The translations under genes were made by a program, and so were the position numbers. This document shows, piece by piece, positions 42,847 to 51,840 of a DNA stretch of 64,000 bases. Every line of letters begins with the position of its first letter. Positions within the stretch are counted from its first letter, which is position 1. The DNA comes from Candidatus Methanomethylicia archaeon (GTDB taxonomy: Archaea > Thermoproteota > Methanomethylicia > Culexarchaeales > Culexarchaeaceae), in NCBI GenBank assembly GCA_038727515.1, contig JAVYVS010000001.1, forward strand, positions 224,001-288,000, in the 5' to 3' direction. Under the pieces are notes generated by a model that saw nothing but the letters and a program-made list of their open reading frames with translations, was not told the origin of the DNA and ran no database searches.

Positions 42847-44148
42847 ATGGTTAGTTTCTTTAGAATACTTGATAGTGAACGACATATAGCTTTTTGTCCC
42901 ATGAATTTTGTTGCAGATGTGTACATTGGTTGCCCGCATGCTTGTTGGTATTGTTATGCTCCCTCTTTTGCGGTATACGGAAATTACGAAACAAGTTTTC
43001 AAAAATTCAGAAATTTTAGGCGACGGTTTAAGGGGGAGTCTGATTTTGAGAAAATAGAATATGCGATAAAGACAGGGAACGTTAAGGGAACATGCTGTCG
43101 CAAAGAACAGGAATCTTTTGTCTCTCTTGCCATTAAGCGTAAACATCCACTACGTATTGGTTCTGTTTCTGATCCGTTCGGCCTTCCATTAGAGAGTGAA
43201 CTAGGTGATACCTACCGAATTTTAGAAATTTTGATAGAAAATGATTACCCGTTTATTGTATGCACTAAAAGCCCTTTTGTAGCAACACCAAAATATCTAA
43301 ATCTTTTGAAGTCTGCTAATGGAAAAGCTTGTGTGCAAATTTCTTTGATTTCCTTAGATGAAAATTTGCTTAGATTTTTAGAATCTCGACCTGGAGGAGC
43401 AACTCCTTCTGCTAAATCACGTTTAGATGCGTTAAGAAAATTGTCTGATGAAGGGATTTTTACTACATGTAGAATTCAGCCCCTCATCCCTCAAGTTACA
43501 GAATATGGAATGCAGGAGCTCATTTATGCATTGGCTGAAGTAGGTGTAAAACATGTCATTATTGAGTTTCTATGGCTTCCAATGGCACATGCTAAAGATA
43601 TGGGTCGAAAGTTAAAAATTGCGTTAGACGAATACTGTAAAAATGGTGGAAAAGTTGGTCCTGAATTAGCGAAGTTCGGTAATGATATCTATATTTACTA
43701 TAAATCTTTCAGCGATGCTGAGAGAGCTTATGGTAGAATCTTTTATTCTAAAAGAAAGATGGCTGAGCTTATGCCAAAATTCGTAAAAATGATTGAAGAA
43801 GCAAATAAAGAATACAATACAAATATGACTTTTGGTTCTGGAAATGAGGAAACATCTTACCTAAACCATACTGATAATTGCTGTGGGGTAGATAGGCTTC
43901 CCGCTTTTTCAGAATATCCAAAATGCATTGGTCAAACAGTACTTAAAATTGCAAAGGATAAAGGGAAAGCAAAAATTGATGATATACTACAATTTTATAA
44001 TCCATACTTAGATAAATTTCGTACCCTGTGGACTAAAAGAGAGAGGAACGGTCGCTTCTTTCTGGAGAACAGAATTTTTAAGCTCAGAGCTTACACCCTC
44101 GGAGGAAGTGTTGAATACGTATATGATGATGCTGTTCCAAAACCGTGA
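42847..44148 (+). CDS. Radical SAM protein, spore photoproduct lyase (SplB/COG1533)-like
   Basis: DVYIGCPHACWYCYA, IGSVSDPF, CTKS, RLDALRKL, RIQPLIP; GAGG SD before the ATG at 42847. Confidence 0.88.
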   Translation: MVSFFRILDSERHIAFCPMNFVADVYIGCPHACWYCYAPSFAVYGNYETSFQKFRNFRRRFKGESDFEKIEYAIKTGNVKGTCCRKEQESFVSLAIKRKHPLRIGSVSDPFGLPLESELGDTYRILEILIENDYPFIVCTKSPFVATPKYLNLLKSANGKACVQISLISLDENLLRFLESRPGGATPSAKSRLDALRKLSDEGIFTTCRIQPLIPQVTEYGMQELIYALAEVGVKHVIIEFLWLPMAHAKDMGRKLKIALDEYCKNGGKVGPELAKFGNDIYIYYKSFSDAERAYGRIFYSKRKMAELMPKFVKMIEEANKEYNTNMTFGSGNEETSYLNHTDNCCGVDRLPAFSEYPKCIGQTVLKIAKDKGKAKIDDILQFYNPYLDKFRTLWTKRERNGRFFLENRIFKLRAYTLGGSVEYVYDDAVPKP

Positions 44149-44154
44149 TGAACG

Positions 44155-45942
44155 ATGATGCCAAGATATATACCCTACATTAAATATGTTATTGCTCCCG
44201 GTACAAGATTTGAACGAGATAAGAAAGTACTTTTTGATCCAGATGGAGAGGTTGCTCAAGGTAAACCACTTTTGAACTATGGTTGGGCTCCTACTGGTCT
44301 AAAGGAATTTATTGAAGCGTTATATGTAGCAAAAAATGGAAGTTTAGATGGTTTTAATACTTTTTACACTGAAAAAATCCTTAGTACGAATCGAAATATT
44401 ATTGAAGTATTAAGAGAGAATAATCTTATCGATAAAGAACTTTCAGCATTGTTAGTGATTAAAGTTAAAGAAGATATTGAAGTGCCTGCTTTACTTGTTA
44501 ACATTGATAGGATGATCTTTAAAAGGTGTCAGTTTTGTAATCAATCATGGAGAAATGTTAAACCGCCACAAGATTTTGTAGATTTTCTAAAGGAATTAGA
44601 TATAAAAAAGGTTGTTGAAGTTTTTCAATGCTCAAGACAGTTATGCAAATTTCTATGTGAATATTACAGTTATTGTGAGAAAAGCTACACAAGCACAGAA
44701 GGATTACAAAAAGTTGAAAATGAGAAGATTGAATGTCTTAAAAATTTGATCATGTTTATGGCTGGAAAAAACTCTCAAATTCAGGGGTATGACTGTATTT
44801 TAAGGAAAAAAATTCCATCTAGACTTGGATGTAAAGAATTGAAAACGATGAATAAAGAGATGTCATTAAATTTTAAATCTTTTAAAGAGATTATCAATAG
44901 AGCGGAGGAAATAAAATGTACAATATGTATTGAGCGTCCCTTAAGATTTGATTTTACTCCGCTACGTTATTTCTTTTTTGATCATAAAACTTGGGATTAT
45001 ATGAAAAAACAAAGGTATTGTAAAATTCGTGCTCAACGTAACATTGATGCACTTCCCACAAGTTTGTTAATTGAGTTTATCAATTTTTATGACAAATATC
45101 GTGATGGAACTCAACTTATTGCACCAGTTAATCGTGAAGGGGTACTTGAAGTATTCCTTAATGTATCAGCAGTTAAATTTGAATTAAAACATTCATTAAA
45201 ATGTAAATGTAAAGTTTGTGGATTAACTCACGAGATAACTAACATACCAATTAAAGCTATGTTTAGAGACTCGGATGTTTTCATTCATGAAGCTTATTTC
45301 GCTAATTTATTATGGAACAAGATTTGGGAAATCTATCCCAAACAATTTTGTAATACTTTCCTTGGAAAAATAAGTATCAAAATTTCAGAAAGTACTGTTA
45401 TTAAGAGAGAAGTGAAATCTAAGAGTCTTGATCCTACAAGTAGGTTTCCAGCGAGTTCTTATGACTATGTGGTAGATCTACATCCGTTGGGCGTAAATCG
45501 CTGCATACTTTTTGATCTTACAACAGGTTTATGGAAAAAAAGTGGTTTTCATGAAATTGGTAAAACAACTGAAGAATATGTGGAAACATGGAAAGAATTG
45601 TTATTTAATATTCCTAGAAAGTTGGCTAATGTTTATGCCGTTTGGTACATTGTTATTAACAGTACAGAATATAGATTTTTTGATGAAACAGCCCCCCAAG
45701 GTGTCAAAAACATTGATGGTTTGGTTGATTTAATTACTTCAGCTAATAAAGAAATTTCAATAATTATTAGATCCGATGTAGATATAGGAAACTTGAACTT
45801 AAACGTACACAAACTTGTTATAGTTCCAATTTTTAATTCAACACCACTCAAAGGTGAAGCCCGCTGGGAAATTAAACGTTTAAAAGAAGAAAAATACAAT
45901 AGATTACTTATGTGGAAAATATTAGATCACCTCTTTAAGTGA
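44155..45942 (+). CDS. Cys-rich hypothetical protein with putative C-terminal PD-(D/E)xK nuclease domain
   Basis: CQFC, CTIC, CKVC; FIHEAYFANLL...YDYVVD...ILFDLT. Confidence 0.55.
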   Translation: MMPRYIPYIKYVIAPGTRFERDKKVLFDPDGEVAQGKPLLNYGWAPTGLKEFIEALYVAKNGSLDGFNTFYTEKILSTNRNIIEVLRENNLIDKELSALLVIKVKEDIEVPALLVNIDRMIFKRCQFCNQSWRNVKPPQDFVDFLKELDIKKVVEVFQCSRQLCKFLCEYYSYCEKSYTSTEGLQKVENEKIECLKNLIMFMAGKNSQIQGYDCILRKKIPSRLGCKELKTMNKEMSLNFKSFKEIINRAEEIKCTICIERPLRFDFTPLRYFFFDHKTWDYMKKQRYCKIRAQRNIDALPTSLLIEFINFYDKYRDGTQLIAPVNREGVLEVFLNVSAVKFELKHSLKCKCKVCGLTHEITNIPIKAMFRDSDVFIHEAYFANLLWNKIWEIYPKQFCNTFLGKISIKISESTVIKREVKSKSLDPTSRFPASSYDYVVDLHPLGVNRCILFDLTTGLWKKSGFHEIGKTTEEYVETWKELLFNIPRKLANVYAVWYIVINSTEYRFFDETAPQGVKNIDGLVDLITSANKEISIIIRSDVDIGNLNLNVHKLVIVPIFNSTPLKGEARWEIKRLKEEKYNRLLMWKILDHLFK

Positions 45943-45955
45943 TGGTGAAATTTAA

Positions 45956-46309
45956 ATGGACTCTGAAACTACAGTTCAAAGTTTAAAAATTCTTGTTCAA
46001 AATTTTGTTGTTAAAAGGGATTGGACAAGGTATCATAATCCAAAAGATTTAGCTGAAGCTATATGTATTGAAGCTGCAGAGCTTTTAGAAATTTTTCAAT
46101 GGACTACTATTGAAGAAGCTTCTTCCTGGAAAAATGTTCCTTCAAAACTCATAAAAATTAAAGATGAATTAGCAGATGTTTTAATTTATTGTTTAAGTAT
46201 GGCTAACGTGCTTGATATCGATATTTCAGAGATAATTTCAGAGAAGCTCAGTAAAAATGAGGTTAAGTATCCTGTGGATAAATATTTTGGACGGGCTCGC
46301 TTGGAATGA
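45956..46309 (+). CDS. MazG-like nucleotide pyrophosphohydrolase (dCTP pyrophosphatase-like)
   Basis: RDWTRYHNPKDLA, EAAELLE, DELADV, KNEVKYP. Confidence 0.93.
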   Translation: MDSETTVQSLKILVQNFVVKRDWTRYHNPKDLAEAICIEAAELLEIFQWTTIEEASSWKNVPSKLIKIKDELADVLIYCLSMANVLDIDISEIISEKLSKNEVKYPVDKYFGRARLE

Positions 46310-46503
46310 TGCATCAGATTAACCATATACGGGTTTGAACATATTAAGATGATTAACCATTAAAGGTCAAAATCTAAAAATATATCAAATGGTTAACTAG
46401 TTATTGTTATAGTGTTTTGAGAACTAAAAATTTGTAAAAATAGTAGATGCTTATGTACCTTTAGAGAAATTTGAAAGACACTAAGATTAAATCATACATA
46501 ATT

Positions 46504-47271
46504 TTAAAGGTATTTTAAACCAAAGATTTTCACAGCATTCTCCGTGGTTTTTTCAGCTACAACTTCCACACTCATACGCTTCAATTCTGCAACTGCATTC
46601 AACGCCTTAATTATATGGGAAGGCTCAGATTTCTCACCAGCATAGATTACTGGTGAATCTGTTTCTAAAACTATATTTTCCAATGGAGTTTCAGCTATGG
46701 CTTTCCTATGCTCTTTACTGTAGGCTGCTGCTGGAGTTGCGGAAATATAGTATCCATGGTCGAGAATTTTTCTAAGAACTTCCATTGGACCACTAAACCA
46801 GTGGAATACAGCTTTTTTAACGCCAATTTCTATGGTTATATCAACACAATCCATCCATGCACCTCTACTATGGATAGAAACGGATTTACCCCTATCCCTA
46901 GCTATAGTAAGCACCCTCCTAAACACTTCCCTCTGTAATCTCTTCAAATCTTCATTCTTCCTAACCTCTTTATACCAGTAATCAAGCCCAATTTCACCGA
47001 TAGCAACAACTTCATCCACAAATTTCTCAATAAAACTTATAGTCTCAGAAGCCTTCATTGGATCTAAACCCCAAGGGTGAAGTCCAAGTGCTGGATAAAT
47101 CTTTAAACCCTCCACCTCATACTTTCTACTCTCATTTAAAACCCAAACATTAGAATCATGATCAGAACCCATAGCAATAATAGCTTTAACACCAACTTTA
47201 ACAGCATTCTCAATAACATCCTTCAAATTTTCAATTTCCTCTAAATGCGCATGTGTATCTATTAATTCCAT
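46504..47271 (-). CDS. tatD: TatD family DNase
   Basis: DTHAH, GLHP, GEIGLD, HSR, HWF, ETDSP. Confidence 0.94.
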   Translation of the reverse strand: MELIDTHAHLEEIENLKDVIENAVKVGVKAIIAMGSDHDSNVWVLNESRKYEVEGLKIYPALGLHPWGLDPMKASETISFIEKFVDEVVAIGEIGLDYWYKEVRKNEDLKRLQREVFRRVLTIARDRGKSVSIHSRGAWMDCVDITIEIGVKKAVFHWFSGPMEVLRKILDHGYYISATPAAAYSKEHRKAIAETPLENIVLETDSPVIYAGEKSEPSHIIKALNAVAELKRMSVEVVAEKTTENAVKIFGLKYL

Positions 47272-47419
47272 AATACACCCAACTCCAAATAACTGGTCTT
47301 AATAAACTATGATGATACAACTTATAATTGTTATTAGATGAAATCGTGGAGAAGGTTGATGGAATAAGCAAAGATTTGGTTTGAAAGAAGGTTGTGAATT
47401 CTTTAAAGTTTACCACCTT

Positions 47420-48475
47420 TTAGTATAATTCTTTTAGTATGGGGTCTGCTAGGTGATATTCATGGTTTGTTTTGTTTATAATGTTTGAGTTTAGTAATGT
47501 GTTTAGAATTTGTGTGAATGTTTTATCATTTATTTTCCTTCCCAATTTTATTTCTGTTGCAAGTTTTATTTCACTCCATTTGTTGAATCTTTTCATGTTT
47601 TGGATTATTATTTTGTATATGTCTTTGTCTATTTTGTCTTTTAAGAAGTGTTCTAGTTCTGTTTCCATGATTTTTCTGGCTTCATTTATTGTTTCTATTA
47701 TGGCTTTGTTAACATCATATTTCCTTATGGTGTGAAAGTTTCCGAAGAGCGTGAGCCAGCCTACTATTCCATTAAATCTTTTGTAAACTTCTTCTATAGT
47801 TTCTTCACTTATCTTCATTTTTTGCTCCTCAAATCCCTTTATGAGGAAGTTTTTTGAAGTTTCTTCGTTGAATGGTTTTAAGATTATTTTTGTTGGTTGT
47901 CTACCATATAGTGGTGATGTTGATTTTTGTTCGAAAAGTGCTTTTACAACTCCAATGTAGGATCCTGTGAATATGAATGAAATGTTTCTATTAGATGCGA
48001 AGGTATTTGCAAGAATGTTTAGTAGTTGTCTAGAGGCTTTGGAGACTTCTTGAAATTCATCTATTCCTATAACTGTCTTTCTATTTAATGATAGGAATAG
48101 CTCTAGAAGGTTATTGTATGGTTTATTTCTATGTTTTAACTCTATTCCTAGGGGGCCTATTTGAAGGTTTAATGAAGGTTTTAATGTTTCTAATAAACTC
48201 TTCCTCCTATTTATTTCATGGATTAATAGGTTGAGTAAACCTTCCAAGCTTCTAATTCCCCTCAAATTGATGTAAATGGTTGAGTATCCCTTCTTCTCCA
48301 ATTCATTTAATGAAACCTTTAATAAACTTGTTTTACCAATCATCCTCTGCCCTAAAATAACTACCCAGTTTCCATTAATTATTTGGTCAATAATATAATT
48401 AACTTCAAAACTTCTACCAAAGAGTTCATTTATATTTTCCTTTGGATGTAGGTCGAAGAGCAACTTACCATACAC
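47420..48475 (-). CDS. Archaeal ATPase (COG1672-like) with C-terminal wHTH; true start possibly 48463
   Basis: LFGR, Walker A GQRMIGKTS, Walker B IGIDEFQ, FTGS, SPLYGR. Confidence 0.9.
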   Translation of the reverse strand: MYGKLLFDLHPKENINELFGRSFEVNYIIDQIINGNWVVILGQRMIGKTSLLKVSLNELEKKGYSTIYINLRGIRSLEGLLNLLIHEINRRKSLLETLKPSLNLQIGPLGIELKHRNKPYNNLLELFLSLNRKTVIGIDEFQEVSKASRQLLNILANTFASNRNISFIFTGSYIGVVKALFEQKSTSPLYGRQPTKIILKPFNEETSKNFLIKGFEEQKMKISEETIEEVYKRFNGIVGWLTLFGNFHTIRKYDVNKAIIETINEARKIMETELEHFLKDKIDKDIYKIIIQNMKRFNKWSEIKLATEIKLGRKINDKTFTQILNTLLNSNIINKTNHEYHLADPILKELY

Positions 48476-48799
48476 CAGTAGCTTACTATAGTAAGTAAAT
48501 TTAAACTTTTCCCTAATGGAAGATAAAGTAAACCCCCATAACCTCCCACTTTCAATACTAAATCTCTGAAAGCAAGCTTAAGCATTTCTCCAATTTCCCC
48601 TCAAACTATATGAGCCAAATCATCCAGCAGAATTCTGTATTGTCGTTTACAAGTTTTAAATTATAGAATACTAAATTATAATTCTTCAATTTAAAAGCTG
48701 TTTAAGGATTTCTAAATAGCGTTTTTCATATTTCAAATAAAGACCAAGTATATCTGTAAAATCTTTTTGATGGTACACTTAGATATGGTGTTCACCTTT

Positions 48800-49231
48800 T
48801 TATTGTTTTGAAGTGTATTCTGATAGAAGTTTTTCCACTTTTTCTAGTACTTGTTTTGCGTTTCTTAGTGCTTCTTTGGCGTCTTTTTCATCGTATAGGG
48901 TTGATGGTGGTGCTCCACTTTCTTCATCGCCGTACATTGATGGTTCTCTTTCTCTACGTAGTTTTCTTGATATTCTTGCAAGTTCAGGTATGATTTGCTG
49001 GAACCATTCTGGGTATTTGTCTTTATGTTGTTTGAGTATTGGTCCAACGTCATGTATTTTTGGAGGTTCTATTCCTATTAGTCTTAGGGATGCTTTTAAT
49101 GAGAGTTCTACTGCTTCTTGTGATTGTCTGATGACATATGGGTATAGGCCTCTTTTTATTGATCTTCTAGCGTTATAGACTCTTTCTTTTGCTTGGGTTA
49201 TATAGTCTTTGGCCATTTCAATATTATTCAA
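48800..49231 (-). CDS. HEPN domain protein
   Basis: SQEAVELSLKA, HDVG, REPSMYGDE. Confidence 0.9.
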   Translation of the reverse strand: MNNIEMAKDYITQAKERVYNARRSIKRGLYPYVIRQSQEAVELSLKASLRLIGIEPPKIHDVGPILKQHKDKYPEWFQQIIPELARISRKLRREREPSMYGDEESGAPPSTLYDEKDAKEALRNAKQVLEKVEKLLSEYTSKQ

Positions 49232-49736
49232 TTTCTATTACCTCGCCAAATTTGTAATTCTTTTTCAAAATCCAATACCAGCCTTTACCCATTCTAATTC
49301 TTTCAGCTCCAAGTTCATTCAATTTGTTTCTCAATCTATTCAATATGTTTACCATGAAGTTTTTATCGTATATTATGATGGCGTCTTCAACCATATCTAA
49401 GTATATTGGGATTATTTTAGATGCTTCCATGGGGGTTTTAAGTATTGGTGAGAAATCTATGTAGTAACCTTTACTCCTTAAATCATCTAGTATATGTGTA
49501 ATTTCATCTTCAATTTTCATAAATATGTCTTGACGTTCAAATCTAGATTTTGGGAGGTCTTTAATTACTAGAAATAAGTCTATGTCACTATCTTTACGGG
49601 CTTCTCCACGGGCTACGGAGCCAAAAACAATTATGGAAATTAATTTATCACCGAAGTATTCAAGAAGCTCTTTAAATAATGCATCTACTACTTCACGATA
49701 AGGACTATGTAAATGTTCAATTCCAAATTTAAACAT
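49224..49736 (-). CDS. Minimal nucleotidyltransferase (MNT), partner of the HEPN protein
   Basis: FGSVARGEARKDSDIDL (GSx10DxD); overlaps the HEPN start. Confidence 0.93.
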   Translation of the reverse strand: MFKFGIEHLHSPYREVVDALFKELLEYFGDKLISIIVFGSVARGEARKDSDIDLFLVIKDLPKSRFERQDIFMKIEDEITHILDDLRSKGYYIDFSPILKTPMEASKIIPIYLDMVEDAIIIYDKNFMVNILNRLRNKLNELGAERIRMGKGWYWILKKNYKFGEVIEIE

Positions 49737-49878
49737 ATACTCCGTATAATCATCATACTAAATACACATATAAGCTTATAGAGTTAAGATTATCGTTTTT
49801 CTTTATCCTTGTGAAATTTTACTTCACAATTTATGCTTGGAAAAACTTTATCTACTTTTAAAACATACTAGTTTTGAA

Positions 49879-51579
49879 ATGTGTTTTTCGAAGAGGTTAA
49901 TTCCATTAATACTTATACTTTATTTTTTAGCTTTAATTGTTGTAGATTTCCACGTTTTTCAAGTTGTATATGCTTATAATCCAATTATGATTGGCCAGAA
50001 TTATATGGTTGAAGATTTCAATGTTACTTTAACTGTTTATCATAATAATACGGTTAACGTTGTTGAAGTTATTAGAGTTTATTTTATCAATTTAGCTTTT
50101 AAAAGTTTTACTAGGAGCATTTATATTGAGGGTTTCGAGGATTTAAAGATTAATAATGTTTATTCCATTGATTCCAATATAACTAGTGTTAAAATTAATA
50201 AAGCTTTGAATTTGAGGGAGATAACTATAGATCATGTTAGAGATGTATTGCAGCGTTATGTTACGTTTGTTATTGAGTATAATGCTTATGGAGTTTTAAC
50301 ATTATATGATTCTGATAGGAATAGGTTTTCATGGCCTGTGGTTAGTTATGCATGGAATACATTTCCATTTGATAGAATACTTGTAACTGTTATTTTGCCT
50401 AGAAGTTTTAATCCATCATTGATAGAATGTGATCCAAAAGCTGAATCTACTATTCAAGGTGAAAGTTTCACTAAAATAACATTTTATAAGGAGAATCTTA
50501 AAGCTAATGCTGGAGGATTCTATATAAATGTTATCTTCCCAAAGATAACTGAAGTTGTTAGGGAACCATTTATATTTGAAGATCAACCCATAGAATCAGC
50601 GCTTTTAATCTCATTTTTTACGACTTTAGTTATGTTTACATTGTATTATTTTAAGGGTAGGATTCCAAGGGTTGAAGCTTCAAGTTATATTTATTCTAGT
50701 GGGGTTCCATCCCATCTAAAGCCTATTGAAGTAGCGTATTTAGTTAATAGGAGGTTTGGTGGTGGACCCCTATTATCCACAATTATTGAACTTGCGAAGA
50801 GTGGTGATATTGTTTTGAGGTATGATGGTGTATATCTACATTTTATTGAAACTTCTAAGGGTAAGCTTTTCAGTAGATATAAAGTTTCATTGAAGGATTA
50901 TGAAAAAGAATTGATAGATGTAATTTCTAAAGCTGGAGATTCATATCATCTTCAAACAAGTTTCTGGCCTAATTTGAGGAGGATTGCCCATATGGTTGAA
51001 GACTACTTGGTTAAGGAAGGATACTTTAGTTATCCACCATCTAAATTGAGGAGGATATTCTTATCCCTAGGTTTAATAATTTCTGGAGTTGGTTTAATAA
51101 TGCTTTTAATCATGCCTTTATTTGGAGAATTCTTTTGGAATCTTGCTAAGAGATTTATGGGTTTATTCTTTGGTTTAATCATGTCTAGTGCTCCAATAAT
51201 ATTAATCGGATATTTAAAGTTTACAAGTTATACTCCTAAAGGTGCAATGGAGTTAAATGCTTGGAAAACATATATTGAGGGTATTTTAAATCCACAAGCA
51301 TTAAAGACAATGTATACTTTAAGTGAAGAAAGATTTGAAGAAGATATGATGTATATAGTGGCTATAATTCCACATAGATTCTATGATTGGGCTATGAATT
51401 TCATTGGAAAATTAAGTTATGTTCCAAAATGGATTGAATTCAATGGTGGTATAGGTAAAATAGAATCTTCCACTGAGGGATATGTAAAATTTATAAATAT
51501 CATGGGAACAATAGTAAAAGATTTCATAGAAGATTTCCCACACATAAGATACTTAAAATTATTCCCATATCCAATTTAA
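49879..51579 (+). CDS. DUF2207 family membrane protein
   Basis: Signal peptide, beta-rich ectodomain, PSHLKPIEVAYL, STIIELAKSG, YTPKG. Confidence 0.75.
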   Translation: MCFSKRLIPLILILYFLALIVVDFHVFQVVYAYNPIMIGQNYMVEDFNVTLTVYHNNTVNVVEVIRVYFINLAFKSFTRSIYIEGFEDLKINNVYSIDSNITSVKINKALNLREITIDHVRDVLQRYVTFVIEYNAYGVLTLYDSDRNRFSWPVVSYAWNTFPFDRILVTVILPRSFNPSLIECDPKAESTIQGESFTKITFYKENLKANAGGFYINVIFPKITEVVREPFIFEDQPIESALLISFFTTLVMFTLYYFKGRIPRVEASSYIYSSGVPSHLKPIEVAYLVNRRFGGGPLLSTIIELAKSGDIVLRYDGVYLHFIETSKGKLFSRYKVSLKDYEKELIDVISKAGDSYHLQTSFWPNLRRIAHMVEDYLVKEGYFSYPPSKLRRIFLSLGLIISGVGLIMLLIMPLFGEFFWNLAKRFMGLFFGLIMSSAPIILIGYLKFTSYTPKGAMELNAWKTYIEGILNPQALKTMYTLSEERFEEDMMYIVAIIPHRFYDWAMNFIGKLSYVPKWIEFNGGIGKIESSTEGYVKFINIMGTIVKDFIEDFPHIRYLKLFPYPI

Positions 51580-51830
51580 ACTTATGTTTAATATCTACAG
51601 CTAGAAGTGCTATATTTTCATCTAAAGGTATTATGAAGCTTTTCTCAACAATAAATTTATTTTAGATGTGGGTTTCTCATAATTCCTCAGATACCTAGTT
51701 TAATTTCGGTAAGACAAATAGGGGTATATAAGTACTTATAGATTCATCCTTTAATTACAGACATAATTCTTCGAAATTGAATTCTTAGGATGATTCATAT
51801 AAAAGAATGGGAGAATTCATATTTTCCCAT
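51563..51830 (-). pseudogene. Degraded VapC/PIN toxin gene
   Basis: Frameshifted pieces LYTPICLTEIK / RYLR / KFIVEKSFIIPLDENIALLAVDIKHKFKL match the PIN-domain pattern. Confidence 0.55.
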
Positions 51831-51840
51831 ATAGTTTAAT

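Noticed and set aside
46504-48475. TatD plus ATPase as a Qat-like system or part of the radical SAM operon
   Set aside because: Opposite strand to the operon, host-like codon usage, no QueC; TatD is commonly housekeeping.
48500-48640. Possible gene remnant (ILLDDLAHIV*GEIGEMLKLAFRDL) on the minus strand
   Set aside because: Coding-like, but I cannot match it to any family.
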